64,000 nt of DNA from Candidatus Velthaea sp. (GCA_965214935.1 CBDCCS010000022.1:640001-704000); one strand, 5' to 3'; positions 9,682-20,658 are shown, counted from the first letter of the stretch. Notes: generated by a model not told the origin, from the letters alone. Numbers and translations: made by a program.

Positions 9682-11808
9682 CTACGGCGTAGGCGCGGGT
9701 GCCGGCGCCATGGCACTTGCGTTTGAGGGAAGCTTGAAAATCGCAACGGCGTCGCCCAGCGGATACGTAAGCTGGAAGTTGCCGCCGGCGGCGACGGCGA
9801 TATACTGCTCGCCGTTCACTTCGTACGAAATCGGCGGCGCATTAACGCCGGCGCCGAGATTGTAGTGCCAGAGCAGGTCGCCGGACTTCGCATCGAATGC
9901 ATCGAGTTGGCCGTTGCCTTCACCCATGAAGACCAGATTGCCGGCCGTCGCGAGCGCGCCGCCGATCAACGGTTCGTCGGTCATATGCGTCCAAGCGATC
10001 TTGCCGCTCTGTGTATCGATTGCCACGAAGCGTCCGTCTTGCAGCTTATCCTTGGTGGTGTTGGTGAACGCGCTGCCCAGCCGCAACTGACCGCCCGGGC
10101 TCGTCGACGGATTGGTCGCAAAGTTCATACGCTGATCCATCGCCAGCACGTAGGCATATTTGGTGACCGGCGAATACGCCGGCGGCGACCATTCGGCGCC
10201 GCCGTTGGCGCCCGGCAACATCACGACGCCGGTCTTCGTCGGTTGCGCGAACATATTGGGCGATAAAGCGACATACGGATCGGATTTCCGAATGAGTTCG
10301 CCCGTTTCGCGGTTGACGATGAAGAACCAGCCGACTTTACCGGCTTCACCGGCGGCCGGGATCGTCTTACCATCCTGCACGACGTCGAACAAGACCACCG
10401 GGCTTACGGCGTCGTAATCCCATACGTCGTGCTTAACTTCTTGATACGCCCAACGCAATTTACCGGTGTGCAAGTCGAGTGCGGCGATTGAATCGCTGTA
10501 ATGGTTGTCGCCTTTGCGACCGTCGCCGGCGAGATCCGGATTCGGATTGCCGGTGCTGAAAATCAGCAGGCCGCGATCGACATCGAGGGCCGGCGTCGTC
10601 CAGACCATCGCGCCGCCGCTCTTCCATGAATTACCGCTGTATGTTTTAGGATCGGTCGAATTCCAGCGCCAGCGCTGTTGACCCGACGTTGCATCGTACG
10701 CCGCGACGAAACCGCGGATCGCCCACTCGCCGCCGGCGCTACCGATGACAACAAGATTATCGTAAACCTGCGGCGTCATCGTTTCGGAATAGCCGACGTT
10801 CGGATCGGCTACGGTTTTTTGCCACTTGATCGCACCGTTGGTCGCGTCGAGTGCAATGAGCTTATCGTCCAGCGTGAGAACGTAGACTTTGCCGTAGGCC
10901 ACCGCGACGCCGCGATTGACCGGACCGCAGCAAATCTTGAACGGCGTTAGATTGTACGTCGTTTCCCAGATGCGCGCACCGCTAGCGGCATTCACGGCCA
11001 TGATCTTCATTTGATTGTTGACCACGGGCGTCGAGATATACATGACGCCCGAAACGACGACCGGCGTTGCCTCGAAGCTGGCGACCATCCCGGTTTGTAC
11101 GACCGCGACCGGCGTGAGCTGAGCAACGTTTGCCGTGCTGATCTGGCTGAGCGGAGAATAACGGCTATTGTCGTAGCTACGGCCGCCGGACAGCCAATTT
11201 TTGCCGTCCATATTTGCGTCGCGCATCATCGCGTCGGTTATGTTGACGTCCGCGCCGGCGGGAATCGCGCTGTAGACGTGCCGCACGGGCGGAGCCGCGC
11301 GCGTGATTTCAACCTTCAAGCCGTTCGGAGCACCGGTGCCGGTTCCGGCGATCTCATTCGTCTGCTGATAGACCATCCCGGCGAGCTGCACGTGCGGTGC
11401 GCTCGCTACGCTCAATGCCGTCGTGCCTGCCGGAAATCCGTTGCGCGCCATCAGGTAAGCCGTTACATCGAGATACTGCTTCTTCGTTAGCGAACCCGGC
11501 GCGTTTGCCGGCATTTGCGCCGTGATGAACGCATGCAGCTTGTCGGCGGTTTTGTAACTCGCGTTGAGCGATTGACGGAACGACGTTCCGGTCAATGCCG
11601 GTCCGGCACCGCCCTGCAGATTAGCGCCGTGACAGACGGAACATTGGCCCGCATAGACGACTTGGCCGCTACCGGCTTGCGCGGCGGTGTAGCCTCCGCT
11701 CGCGGTCGCAGCTTTCGATATCGCGCCCGAGGCGGCAACTGCACCAGCCAGCGCAAGCAACGCCAATTGAGGTACACGCATCTGAAAAATGCGCGTTGGT
11801 ATCTTCAT
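9682..11808 (-). CDS. PQQ-dependent (alcohol-type) dehydrogenase with an N-terminal cytochrome c domain
   Basis: Signal peptide, heme motif CSVCH with downstream QMP; PQQ beta-propeller with RYSPL.QI, vicinal CCG.VNRG, GGE, GNP and HDVWDYD. Confidence 0.9.
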   Translation of the reverse strand: MKIPTRIFQMRVPQLALLALAGAVAASGAISKAATASGGYTAAQAGSGQVVYAGQCSVCHGANLQGGAGPALTGTSFRQSLNASYKTADKLHAFITAQMPANAPGSLTKKQYLDVTAYLMARNGFPAGTTALSVASAPHVQLAGMVYQQTNEIAGTGTGAPNGLKVEITRAAPPVRHVYSAIPAGADVNITDAMMRDANMDGKNWLSGGRSYDNSRYSPLSQISTANVAQLTPVAVVQTGMVASFEATPVVVSGVMYISTPVVNNQMKIMAVNAASGARIWETTYNLTPFKICCGPVNRGVAVAYGKVYVLTLDDKLIALDATNGAIKWQKTVADPNVGYSETMTPQVYDNLVVIGSAGGEWAIRGFVAAYDATSGQQRWRWNSTDPKTYSGNSWKSGGAMVWTTPALDVDRGLLIFSTGNPNPDLAGDGRKGDNHYSDSIAALDLHTGKLRWAYQEVKHDVWDYDAVSPVVLFDVVQDGKTIPAAGEAGKVGWFFIVNRETGELIRKSDPYVALSPNMFAQPTKTGVVMLPGANGGAEWSPPAYSPVTKYAYVLAMDQRMNFATNPSTSPGGQLRLGSAFTNTTKDKLQDGRFVAIDTQSGKIAWTHMTDEPLIGGALATAGNLVFMGEGNGQLDAFDAKSGDLLWHYNLGAGVNAPPISYEVNGEQYIAVAAGGNFQLTYPLGDAVAIFKLPSNASAMAPAPAPTP

Positions 11809-11907
11809 AGACTCTCCACGAGGCAAGAGGCAAACGCTAACTGCGCTTGCCCGCCGGACCTCCGAATCCTTTTCAGTCGATGGTGATGAAGAAAGTTTTC
11901 AAACGCT

Positions 11908-12576
11908 TTACGTCGTAATGAGACGCGGCAGATCGTGCATATCTGCAAAGGTACGCTCGGCGCCGGCCGCCCGCAGCACTGCTGCGTGACCCGGGCCGCA
12001 GTGCGTTCCGCCGGTAAAGCCGAACACGCGCATCCCGGCTCGCTTCGCCGCGGTTACACCGGCAACGCTGTCTTCGACAACCAAACAACGTTCAACGGCG
12101 GTCCGCATCCAGCCGGCGGCATAGACGAATACATCGGGCGCCGGTTTACCGCTTGCAACGACACTGGCACTAATGATATTCGGCGCAAAGCGTTCGTACA
12201 GACCGGTCACCTCTAAACCCAGGCGTAATTTTCCGGGGTAGCTGCTCGAAGCAACGCAAAACGGCAGCCGCAATTGCGCGAGCACCGCCGCGACACCGGG
12301 TACGGCGCGCAGCTCACGCTCGTACGCAGCGACGACTTGGGCGTCGACTTGTGCGGCGTAGTCCGCGGGTAGCGAACGGCCGAGTTCGGCCTCGACTTCC
12401 GTGCGCATTTCCTTGTCAGGCCGGCCCGCAAAACGACGCAACACGCCGTCCACGTCGATGGGATATCCGAGTTTCGTCAATGCACGCGCGTTGATACCGC
12501 AAACGACAAGCTCGCTATCGATAAGGACGCCGTCACAATCGAAGATGATGACTTGCGGGTCGGCGGCTTTCTCCAT
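11908..12576 (-). CDS. HAD-superfamily hydrolase (IA variant 3)
   Basis: FDCDGVLIDSE, VASSS, KPAPD, VVEDS..G..AA..AGM. Confidence 0.9.
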   Translation of the reverse strand: MEKAADPQVIIFDCDGVLIDSELVVCGINARALTKLGYPIDVDGVLRRFAGRPDKEMRTEVEAELGRSLPADYAAQVDAQVVAAYERELRAVPGVAAVLAQLRLPFCVASSSYPGKLRLGLEVTGLYERFAPNIISASVVASGKPAPDVFVYAAGWMRTAVERCLVVEDSVAGVTAAKRAGMRVFGFTGGTHCGPGHAAVLRAAGAERTFADMHDLPRLITT

Positions 12577-12817
12577 ACGGCCGGACTTGCGGTGCACCCA
12601 TGCATTTCCATTGCTTTGCCCGCGGCACGGTCAGGATATGGTTCGGACGGTCGAGAGCATACCGGCCGCCGCTTCGGCTGCTAATGACGACAAATGTGCA
12701 GCGGCGCCAGGAATCGCACGTAAGCGGCAACTAAGGCTAAGAAAGTAGCGGGCGACGGCCCGATGCCAGCAGTCCGACGCCTTTGGACGTCGGGCACTTC
12801 AGCGTGGAGATCTGCCC

Positions 12818-13900
12818 ATGAGGCGTTTAGCATGTCTGACCGCGGTCTTGGCTGCGGCGTTCGCGGGTTGCGGCGGGGGCGGCGGTACGTCATCGAGCCC
12901 GCCGGCAGCGACGCCGATTGCACCCGCGTCGATTCCGCTGTCCGTGCAACGCAGCGATATCCAAGTCGCACTCACCAGCGTACAAACCGGCGCGCTGCTT
13001 TCGCAATTCGGGGCCACGAATGGGAGTGCCGCTTCCCCGCTGAGCGCCCGCCGGACGGTATTGCGCGCTCTGCGCGACGTGCACGCGCGCCGCGCGATCG
13101 CAACCGTATCGGCATGCATGAACGCGACCACTGAAAATTTCACGGCGACGGGACCCGGCACCGGTACGTTGATCGAAACGTCGTACTACGATGCGGCTTG
13201 CACGCAGAAGCGTGAAGTCATTGACGCCGCCGTGAACGGCAACACGGATACCGTCGATGGGACGCTGACGCTCTACGACTCGAGCGGTAACGTGACGACG
13301 AACGATGATCTGCACGCGGCACTCAGCGTTAGCGCGGGAGTCGACACGCTGACGGTCGGTGTTACGCCGGCAACGGCAACCGCCACCACGACGGCACTCG
13401 ACCTGACATGCTCGTTGAGTGCAGCCGTCGCGACTCTGACCTGCGGCGCCGCCGCAACGACGACGCTCGCCGATGCGTCGATGCTCGGTTCGTCGCTCGC
13501 GTTCACGGGTTCTGCGGCAACGAACCCGAACGGCGAAACGATCACGTTTGCGGCCTCCGCGAACGCTTATAGCGGCGGTCCGGGTGCGCTATCGCTCGTA
13601 TCCGGCTCGGCCGATACGTGGAACATCGTGGGTGGTATGCTCGTCGCGGCGGATTCCGTTGCGGGCAGCGTAACGTCGGCGGCGAGCGGGCAAGTCACGG
13701 CCGTTACACTTACCGCGAACGATGCGATATACTCAGATACGGTAACACTCCGGCAGAGTGCGAGCGGTATCAGCGTGAAGGAAGTGCTCGGTACGACGAC
13801 GCTTGCAACGGCGACGCTCGACCCGAACGGAAACGGCATCATAACGTACGCCGACGGGTCCCAAACCAGCGTCCGTAATTACACGATCGTCGCGAGCTAG
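12818..13900 (+). CDS. Putative lipoprotein, T/S/A/G-rich
   Basis: GGAG RBS, lipobox AFAG-C followed by GGGGG, beta-rich composition. Confidence 0.75.
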   Translation: MRRLACLTAVLAAAFAGCGGGGGTSSSPPAATPIAPASIPLSVQRSDIQVALTSVQTGALLSQFGATNGSAASPLSARRTVLRALRDVHARRAIATVSACMNATTENFTATGPGTGTLIETSYYDAACTQKREVIDAAVNGNTDTVDGTLTLYDSSGNVTTNDDLHAALSVSAGVDTLTVGVTPATATATTTALDLTCSLSAAVATLTCGAAATTTLADASMLGSSLAFTGSAATNPNGETITFAASANAYSGGPGALSLVSGSADTWNIVGGMLVAADSVAGSVTSAASGQVTAVTLTANDAIYSDTVTLRQSASGISVKEVLGTTTLATATLDPNGNGIITYADGSQTSVRNYTIVAS

Positions 13901-13961
13901 GCGAGTACGCACGCCTTCGACGGCAGGCAGTGCTATCCGCGGCGGTGCAAGGGCGGAACGG

Positions 13962-16658
13962 GTGACGGGCGACGTTCGATCCGATGAGAACTCCGGCGCA
14001 AATGCAGACAAAACCGCGCTTTTCATAAGTCGCGCCGGTGTGGATGCGGACGTTGCCGAACGCATCGCTCGAATCTATAACGCGGCCGGCTATCCCGTAA
14101 CGCTGCAGCAATGGACGTTCGCCAACAAGAGCTTCATTAGCGAAATGCAGACTGCGTTAGCCGATGGAACGCGAGTGATTGCATTGCTTTCGCCCGCATA
14201 CCTAACGAGCGACTATTGCGCGGCCGAATGGCAAAGCGTTTTAGCCGACGATCCGCTCAATCGCAACAGCCGATTAATCGTGCTTCGTATTGCGGATTGC
14301 GTTCCGACCGGTCTACTCAAGGCGCTCATGTACTGGGACGTTGTCGGCATCACGGATAGCGCCGAATTCGAGCGCATCGTTCTTGCGGCTCTCGGCGCGA
14401 ATAAGACCGTGGCGGATCGCGTGCTCGCAACCGGCCCAGCCGGGGTACCGGCGACCGAAACCAACCTTCCCCCGCAGCTTACACGCTTCATCGAACGCGC
14501 CGCCTTCACGGACGATGTAGCCAGGCAGATCGCTGCGACGCGAATCGTGTCTCTCATCGGCGCGGGAGGTGTCGGGAAGACGCGAATGGCGATTTACGTC
14601 GCGGCGCAAATCGCCGGCGACTACGCCGACGGCGTCTGGTTCGCCGATTTTGCACAGCTTACCGAGGGCTCGTACGTCGTTTCCGAGATCGCAGCGATGC
14701 TCGGGATCATCGAGACATCCGGAAGACCGTTGATCGAGACGTTATGCGCAGTTATGAGAACGAAGCGGATGTTACTCGTCTTTGACAACTGCGAGCATGT
14801 TATCGCTCATGCGCGTACGGTAGCCGATGCGGTCGTTCGTCATTGTGCCAGCGTGCGAATCCTCGTAACGAGCCGCGAACCGCTCGGCTATGCGGGCGAA
14901 GCGGTCATCCGGGTACCGTCGTTAGGTTTACCCGCCGAAGGCACGGCGACGACGGCGCAAGCTGCGCTCGGGTACGAGGCAGTCGCCTTGTTTGTCGATC
15001 GTGCGCTTAGCGTCAATCCGCAATTCGTTTTGACAAACGATAATGCGGCGCTCGTTGCACGAATATGCCGGCGCCTGGACGGCATCGCACTCGCCATCGA
15101 ACTTGCCGCGGCGCGGCTGAGATTGCTGAGCCTGGCCGACCTTGCCGTAAAACTCGACGAACGCTTTCGGCTTCTCACCGGCGGCAGTAAAGCGCGCCTG
15201 CCGCGACAACAGACGATGCGCGCGCTCATCGATTGGAGCTATAATCTTCTCAATTCCGACGAACAGCGCATATTTCGCCGTTTGGCGATTTTTTCAGATG
15301 GTTGGACGCTCGAATCGGCGACGGCGATCTGCGGCGATGCGGATGTCGACGAATACGCGATGCTCGACATCCTCACATCGCTTGCCGATAAGTCGCTCGT
15401 GGTCGTCGACGCGACTGCCGAACAGCGAATGCGCTTACTCGAGTCGATGCGCGAGTACGCCCGCGAACTTGCCCGCAAGCACGATGAATACGAATCGTTA
15501 GCCGCCGCGCGGGCAAACTATTTTGCCGCCTTCGCCGGTGTGGCTCTGACGACGGTTGCGAGCGACACGGCACGCGGGCAAGAACGGACGTTCACCAGCG
15601 CGCGTATCCGCGAGATCGAAGCCGAGCTTGAGAACATTCGTGAGGTACTAGCGTGGTCGCTGCAAGACAAGCACGAGGTCAAGCTGGGTTCGCAACTCGC
15701 CTTCGTCCTCGGACGCTTTTGGGCGATGCGCTATCCGCGCGAAGGTCTCCGCTGGTACGAGCTTGCGCAGAACGCGCTGCGCGAAACGAACGACTCGCTA
15801 CTGAGTGCAAAGCTTGCGTCGGCGATCGCCGCAATGCTGCCGCACGGCAGTTTCGAGCGTCTCGAAGCAACGCGATATGCGCTCGGCCAAGCCCAGCTTA
15901 CCGGCGACGAACTGATCCTTGCCCGCGCCTATTGCGCTATCGGCGAACAAGTCGGTCCCTTGCGCCAAACCGATGAAGCAGCGGCTGCCTTTTCAGAAGC
16001 GCTGCGACTTGCACGTGCGCTTGGTGAAGATTGGACCGCAGCCCGTGCGCTGGCCGGGCTCGGCATGCTCGCCCTCGGTTCGAAAGACATACCGGCGGCG
16101 CGCGTGCACTTCGATGCGGCGATCCGGCAATTCGAACGACTCGGTGCAATCGACGGGATTGCCTATGTCTGCATCGCACTCGGCGAAGCAGATTTTACCG
16201 AAGGTAAAATTGATGCTGCGATCGCGATAACATTGCGCGCTCTGCACGCCTATGAGGAACTCAAGAACGATCGTTCACGTGCGTGCGCCGCTAATTATCT
16301 CGCTTCGTTCTCGCTCGTCGCCGGAAAGCACGACGAGGCCCGCGCGTACGCGCGCGAAGCACTTCGGCTACTCGAAAACGACCGGCATCCGGCCTTCATC
16401 GCTCAAGCAATTCACTCGCTTGCGCTCGTTGCAACCCTCAACGGACATCCGGAACGCGGAGCCTTGCTACTCGGCTACGCACAAGCGGAATCTCGCAAGC
16501 TTGCGCATGCACTTGAAGTCGCCGCCGCGTCCTGCGACACGCTGCACGTTGATCTGCTGATGCAACATTTCGGGGCCGGCGCTGAACTTCGGCGCCGGCT
16601 CGACGCTGGGGCCGTCATCGGCGAAGACCGCGCAATGAACGAGGCCCTGGCAGTTTGA
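13962..16658 (+). CDS. TIR domain-STAND/NB-ARC-like ATPase-TPR protein (bacterial NLR-like)
   Basis: N-terminal TIR (FIS, LLSPAYLTSDYCAAEW with catalytic Glu), Walker A GAGGVGKT, Walker B LLVFDNCEH, GIALAIELAAAR, WSY.LL winged helix, helical TPR-like C-terminus. Confidence 0.88.
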   Translation: MTGDVRSDENSGANADKTALFISRAGVDADVAERIARIYNAAGYPVTLQQWTFANKSFISEMQTALADGTRVIALLSPAYLTSDYCAAEWQSVLADDPLNRNSRLIVLRIADCVPTGLLKALMYWDVVGITDSAEFERIVLAALGANKTVADRVLATGPAGVPATETNLPPQLTRFIERAAFTDDVARQIAATRIVSLIGAGGVGKTRMAIYVAAQIAGDYADGVWFADFAQLTEGSYVVSEIAAMLGIIETSGRPLIETLCAVMRTKRMLLVFDNCEHVIAHARTVADAVVRHCASVRILVTSREPLGYAGEAVIRVPSLGLPAEGTATTAQAALGYEAVALFVDRALSVNPQFVLTNDNAALVARICRRLDGIALAIELAAARLRLLSLADLAVKLDERFRLLTGGSKARLPRQQTMRALIDWSYNLLNSDEQRIFRRLAIFSDGWTLESATAICGDADVDEYAMLDILTSLADKSLVVVDATAEQRMRLLESMREYARELARKHDEYESLAAARANYFAAFAGVALTTVASDTARGQERTFTSARIREIEAELENIREVLAWSLQDKHEVKLGSQLAFVLGRFWAMRYPREGLRWYELAQNALRETNDSLLSAKLASAIAAMLPHGSFERLEATRYALGQAQLTGDELILARAYCAIGEQVGPLRQTDEAAAAFSEALRLARALGEDWTAARALAGLGMLALGSKDIPAARVHFDAAIRQFERLGAIDGIAYVCIALGEADFTEGKIDAAIAITLRALHAYEELKNDRSRACAANYLASFSLVAGKHDEARAYAREALRLLENDRHPAFIAQAIHSLALVATLNGHPERGALLLGYAQAESRKLAHALEVAAASCDTLHVDLLMQHFGAGAELRRRLDAGAVIGEDRAMNEALAV

Positions 16659-18484
16659 GCAAAGCCGCCGTTGCGCAGCACGGCAAGCCGCTCGCCGGCT
16701 TGCCGATTATCGTCGGCGTCACCGGCCATCGCTATCTGCGAGCGGCCGATGAACCGATGATATGCAATGCGGTTGAGGCGATCTTCGACCATCTCGCTCG
16801 AGAGTACCCGGCTACCCCGCTGGTGCTGTTGACGCCGCTTGCCGAAGGCGCCGATCAGCTTGTTGCGCGTCTTGCCCGGCGCCGCAATATTCCATATCAC
16901 GTTCCGTTGCCGATGCCCTTGGCGAGCTACCGCGAAGACTTTATCACGCCGCAGACGCTTGCTGCGTTCGATGCGCTTCTAGCAGGCGCCGCTGCGCCGA
17001 GCTACACGATGCCGTTTTACGAGGACAACACGGCCGAAACGATTCGCGATCCGGATCGGCGCGCGCTGCAATACATGCTCGTCGGCGCACACCTCGCACA
17101 GGCGTGTCATATCCTGGTGGCACTGTGGGATGGACAGCCTTCGGACAAAAACGGATCGACCGCGCAAGTCGTGAGCTTCCGTCTCTCCGGTCCGCTTCAA
17201 CGCTACTTTCAACCGGTGTCGTTGCTCGATGCATCGCCGACGGGAGCCGTCTATCATGTGTTTGCCGCACGCGGTAACGCCGCCGACGCAGGCATGCCGG
17301 GTCGAACGCGGCTGTTGGCCGGTCGCACCGCCCAAAGCGTCCTTGCGTTGCAGGACGACGTTGCGACCGTCGGCGCGCGTGACGCCGCAGCCCGCGCGTC
17401 CGACGCGGGAATCCATGCAAGCGCAGCCGATCGTGACGATCCGCTTGCAACGGTTTACGAACGGATTGAAACGTTCAATCGTGATTGTGCGGCCGTCCCG
17501 CACGCGTCGCTTGCCGAGCCCGAATGCACCGCGACGGAACTGCTGCAATCGCGCGCCCGGCGGGCAGCGAATTTCTATCAGAAAAAGATCAAGGGCGCTT
17601 TGCTGCGTCTTTTCCTCGCAACCGGTATTGCCGTCATTGCCTTCGAGTTGTACGCCCATCTCGTAACGCAGCTCCACGTGCTGGTCATTCCGTATTTTTT
17701 GGCGGCGCTCATCGCGCTTTCGACGTACGTTCGCGCGCGGCGCGGTCGCTGGCAGGATCGAGCGGAGGACTACCGGGCGCTCGAGATCGGGCTGCGCATT
17801 CAGCACGTTTGGAACGTCGCCGGCGTCGGCCGGTGCGCCGCAGATTATTATATGCGGCTGCAGCGCAGCGAGCTTGACTGGATTCGCGACGCCGTCCGAG
17901 CCGCCCAGACGCTCGATCGTCATCGCGCTTATTCTGACGCCGAGGGGATTGCGGCGGTTCGTAGCTTCGTCTCCGAGCAGTATCGCTACTTTGCCGGCAA
18001 CGAGACGGCTCCGGGTGCCGCGCAACGCGAACAAACGAAGACCGCCTTGCATGAAAAGCTGATCGATGCTTCGGTTCGGATCAGCGTAACGGCGTCGCTC
18101 GGTCTTGTCGCGTTCGGTATCGTCGCTACCTTGTTGCCGGCGTTTCGCGAAGCAACCGAAGCGCACGAGATTTGGCATGGCTCAATCATCTTCGTCATCG
18201 CGGTCAGCGCCATTGCCGCCGCGCTGTTTCACGATTACTCCGCTCGACGCGCACATCGGCAGCATGCGCGCCGCTACGAACGAATGGCCCAAGTGTATAG
18301 GCAGGCGACCGATGTGCTCGACGATACGGCTCGCCGGCCGGGCCCGGCCGGCGAGCGGACCCGGACGACGATCGAGATTGCTCGCGCCGTGGTTGAAGAA
18401 CTTGGCCGGGAAGCACTCGGTGAAACCGGTGATTGGCTACTCATGCATCGCGAATTACCGATCGAATTGCTGCCCCTCGCCTGA
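16655..18484 (+). CDS. SLOG-like (YspA/DprA-type Rossmannoid) domain plus four TM helices (tandem SLATT-like effector)
   Basis: VGVTGHR, TPLAEGADQ, VPLP, LVALWDG...GSTAQVV; TM pair, W..AEDYRAL, second TM pair, ARRYERM, EAL.E..DW. 4-bp TTGA overlap with the upstream gene. Confidence 0.75.
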   Translation: MSKAAVAQHGKPLAGLPIIVGVTGHRYLRAADEPMICNAVEAIFDHLAREYPATPLVLLTPLAEGADQLVARLARRRNIPYHVPLPMPLASYREDFITPQTLAAFDALLAGAAAPSYTMPFYEDNTAETIRDPDRRALQYMLVGAHLAQACHILVALWDGQPSDKNGSTAQVVSFRLSGPLQRYFQPVSLLDASPTGAVYHVFAARGNAADAGMPGRTRLLAGRTAQSVLALQDDVATVGARDAAARASDAGIHASAADRDDPLATVYERIETFNRDCAAVPHASLAEPECTATELLQSRARRAANFYQKKIKGALLRLFLATGIAVIAFELYAHLVTQLHVLVIPYFLAALIALSTYVRARRGRWQDRAEDYRALEIGLRIQHVWNVAGVGRCAADYYMRLQRSELDWIRDAVRAAQTLDRHRAYSDAEGIAAVRSFVSEQYRYFAGNETAPGAAQREQTKTALHEKLIDASVRISVTASLGLVAFGIVATLLPAFREATEAHEIWHGSIIFVIAVSAIAAALFHDYSARRAHRQHARRYERMAQVYRQATDVLDDTARRPGPAGERTRTTIEIARAVVEELGREALGETGDWLLMHRELPIELLPLA

Positions 18485-18582
18485 TCGGTAATAACTTCAC
18501 CTTAACGTGTGCGCCGTAACGTTGGCGGTACGGTTCCGGCTCGTTCGGCGCCCGACTTACCACGATCGACAATCTGGAGGGC

Positions 18583-20145
18583 GTGCAGTTGCCGCACCGT
18601 CATTCTTCGCGTATCACCGCGCTCGTTTCACTCGCCGCGCTGCTTATCACACCGTATTGCGCATCGGCAAATCCGTCGACCACGCATCGGATTCAACGCG
18701 TTTTGCTCGTAAGTATCGACGGTATGCACGGCAGCGATTTACAGCGCTTCGTCGCTACGCATCCGAGTAGCGCCCTGGGAAAACTCTCAGCGTCCGGCAT
18801 CACCTACACCAATGCGCATGCGCCGGTTCCAACCGATTCGTTCCCCGGCTTACTCGCGTTGACGACGGGTGGCCATCCGAAAACAACCGGTGTGTATTAC
18901 GAGGTAAACTACGATCGGACTCTGTATCCGCCGCAATCCCATTGCGCGGGTCCAGCCGGCACCGTCGTCGCGTTCGACGAGTCGATCGATTATAACGCAA
19001 ATGCAATTGACGGCGGCGGCGGCATAAATCCGCAGACGCTGACGCAGCAGAGCATCGGCGCTCACTGCAAGCCCGTCTATCCACACGATTATCTTCGCGT
19101 CAATACGATTTTCGAGGCGGTCAAGGCGCACGGCGGCAGAACCGCTTGGAGCGATAAAGAGCAGAGTTACGAGATTCTCAACGGTCCGTCCGGAAAGGGA
19201 GTCGACGACTTTTATAACCGCGAGATTGTAGCCGGCGGAACGACGAGTTCGATTGCGGCTACCGAGGCATACGACCACGGCAAAGTGTTGGCGATCCTCA
19301 ATGAAATCGACGGCAAATCGGCGCGCGGCGCGGCCGGTGTCGGCGTACCGACGGTCTTCGGCTTGAATTTTCAAGCTGTAAGCGTCGGGCAAAAGCTGGC
19401 CTTCGCAAATTTTGGGGTCGGGCCGCGCGGCGGATATCTTGACGCTTACGGCACGCCGACGCCGTTGCTCGAACAGGCGATCGAATGTACCGATTCGCAA
19501 ATCGGTTTGTTCGTGGCCGAACTGCAACGCCGTCATCTGGCTGAAACGACGTTACTAATCGTCAGCGCAAAACACGGCCAAGCCCCGATCGATAGACGTC
19601 TGCGTCGCGGAATCGCCGGTGCCGCCGCAAGTTTCGGCACGCAGCTTGCAGCCAACCATCTCGCCTTCGTGCAGACCGACGATCTCGCTCTGCTTTGGTT
19701 CACCGATCGCAGCTATCGCAATCTCTCCGATGCCTATACCAAACTGCAATCGCCGGCGTTCAAATCAGCCCTGGGTTACGATAAAGGGCAACTCTTCAAC
19801 CCGTACGTTACGCCGCCGTATTGGGGTCCGTTCCAAGACCCGCGTACACCTGACTTTTCGGTCAAAGTCAACCTCGGTGTCATCTATACCGGCGGAACGA
19901 AGATCGCCGAACACGGCGGCTTCTCGGACGACGATTCGCACGTCGCGCTGTTACTCGCCCGCGCCGGTTCGCACGCCGGCGACAGTGCGAGTCCGCAGTG
20001 GAACCATCGCGGCTGGAGCAATGCATACCCGGTAGAAACAGCACAAGTCGCGCCGACGATTCTCGAGGTTCTCGGCATCGACACACGCGAGTTGCAAGCC
20101 GTCCAGCTCGAAGGCACGCGTGTCTTGCCGGGGCTCCGTTTCTAA
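18583..20145 (+). CDS. Secreted alkaline phosphatase superfamily protein (type I phosphodiesterase/nucleotide pyrophosphatase)
   Basis: GGAGG RBS, signal peptide, LLVSIDGMH, nucleophile DSFPG, SAKHGQ, AEHGG. Confidence 0.88.
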   Translation: MQLPHRHSSRITALVSLAALLITPYCASANPSTTHRIQRVLLVSIDGMHGSDLQRFVATHPSSALGKLSASGITYTNAHAPVPTDSFPGLLALTTGGHPKTTGVYYEVNYDRTLYPPQSHCAGPAGTVVAFDESIDYNANAIDGGGGINPQTLTQQSIGAHCKPVYPHDYLRVNTIFEAVKAHGGRTAWSDKEQSYEILNGPSGKGVDDFYNREIVAGGTTSSIAATEAYDHGKVLAILNEIDGKSARGAAGVGVPTVFGLNFQAVSVGQKLAFANFGVGPRGGYLDAYGTPTPLLEQAIECTDSQIGLFVAELQRRHLAETTLLIVSAKHGQAPIDRRLRRGIAGAAASFGTQLAANHLAFVQTDDLALLWFTDRSYRNLSDAYTKLQSPAFKSALGYDKGQLFNPYVTPPYWGPFQDPRTPDFSVKVNLGVIYTGGTKIAEHGGFSDDDSHVALLLARAGSHAGDSASPQWNHRGWSNAYPVETAQVAPTILEVLGIDTRELQAVQLEGTRVLPGLRF

Positions 20146-20164
20146 GGTCGAACGCAAGCCCGGC

Positions 20165-20635
20165 ATGATCGAGCGACCTCCGCTGCCACCGTTTGACCAA
20201 GCCACCGCAGTCCAGAAAGCACGTCTTGCCGAAGACGCTTGGAATAGTAAAGATCCGCAACGTGTCGCCGGCGCATACACCGAAGATAGTCGCTGGCGTA
20301 ATCGCATCGAGATTTTCAGCGGTCGCGAAGCGATCGTCGCGTTTCTAAAGCGCAAGTGGCAACGCGAACTCGACTATCGGCTCGTCAAAGAAGTCTGGGG
20401 GTTTCGCGAAGCGCGCATCGCCGTGCGCTTCATCTACGAGTGGCACGATGACGCACTCGTCTGGTTCCGCAGCTACGGCAATGAACTTTGGGAATTCGCG
20501 GCGGATGGTTTGATGCGACGTCGCGAGGCGAGCATCAATGATGCACGAATCGATCAAAGCGAACGGCTACTGCGCTGGGATGGCGATCGGAGACCCGACG
20601 GCCATCCCGGTTTGACGGATCTTCACATACCCTGA
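20165..20635 (+). CDS. DUF1348/SnoaL-like (NTF2 fold) protein
   Basis: RPPLPPF..AEDAWN..WRNR..KW.RELDYRL.KE.W..RSYGNE.WEF..ASIND. Confidence 0.9.
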   Translation: MIERPPLPPFDQATAVQKARLAEDAWNSKDPQRVAGAYTEDSRWRNRIEIFSGREAIVAFLKRKWQRELDYRLVKEVWGFREARIAVRFIYEWHDDALVWFRSYGNELWEFAADGLMRRREASINDARIDQSERLLRWDGDRRPDGHPGLTDLHIP

Positions 20636-20658
20636 GCGTATCGATTCGGCCGGTCCGA

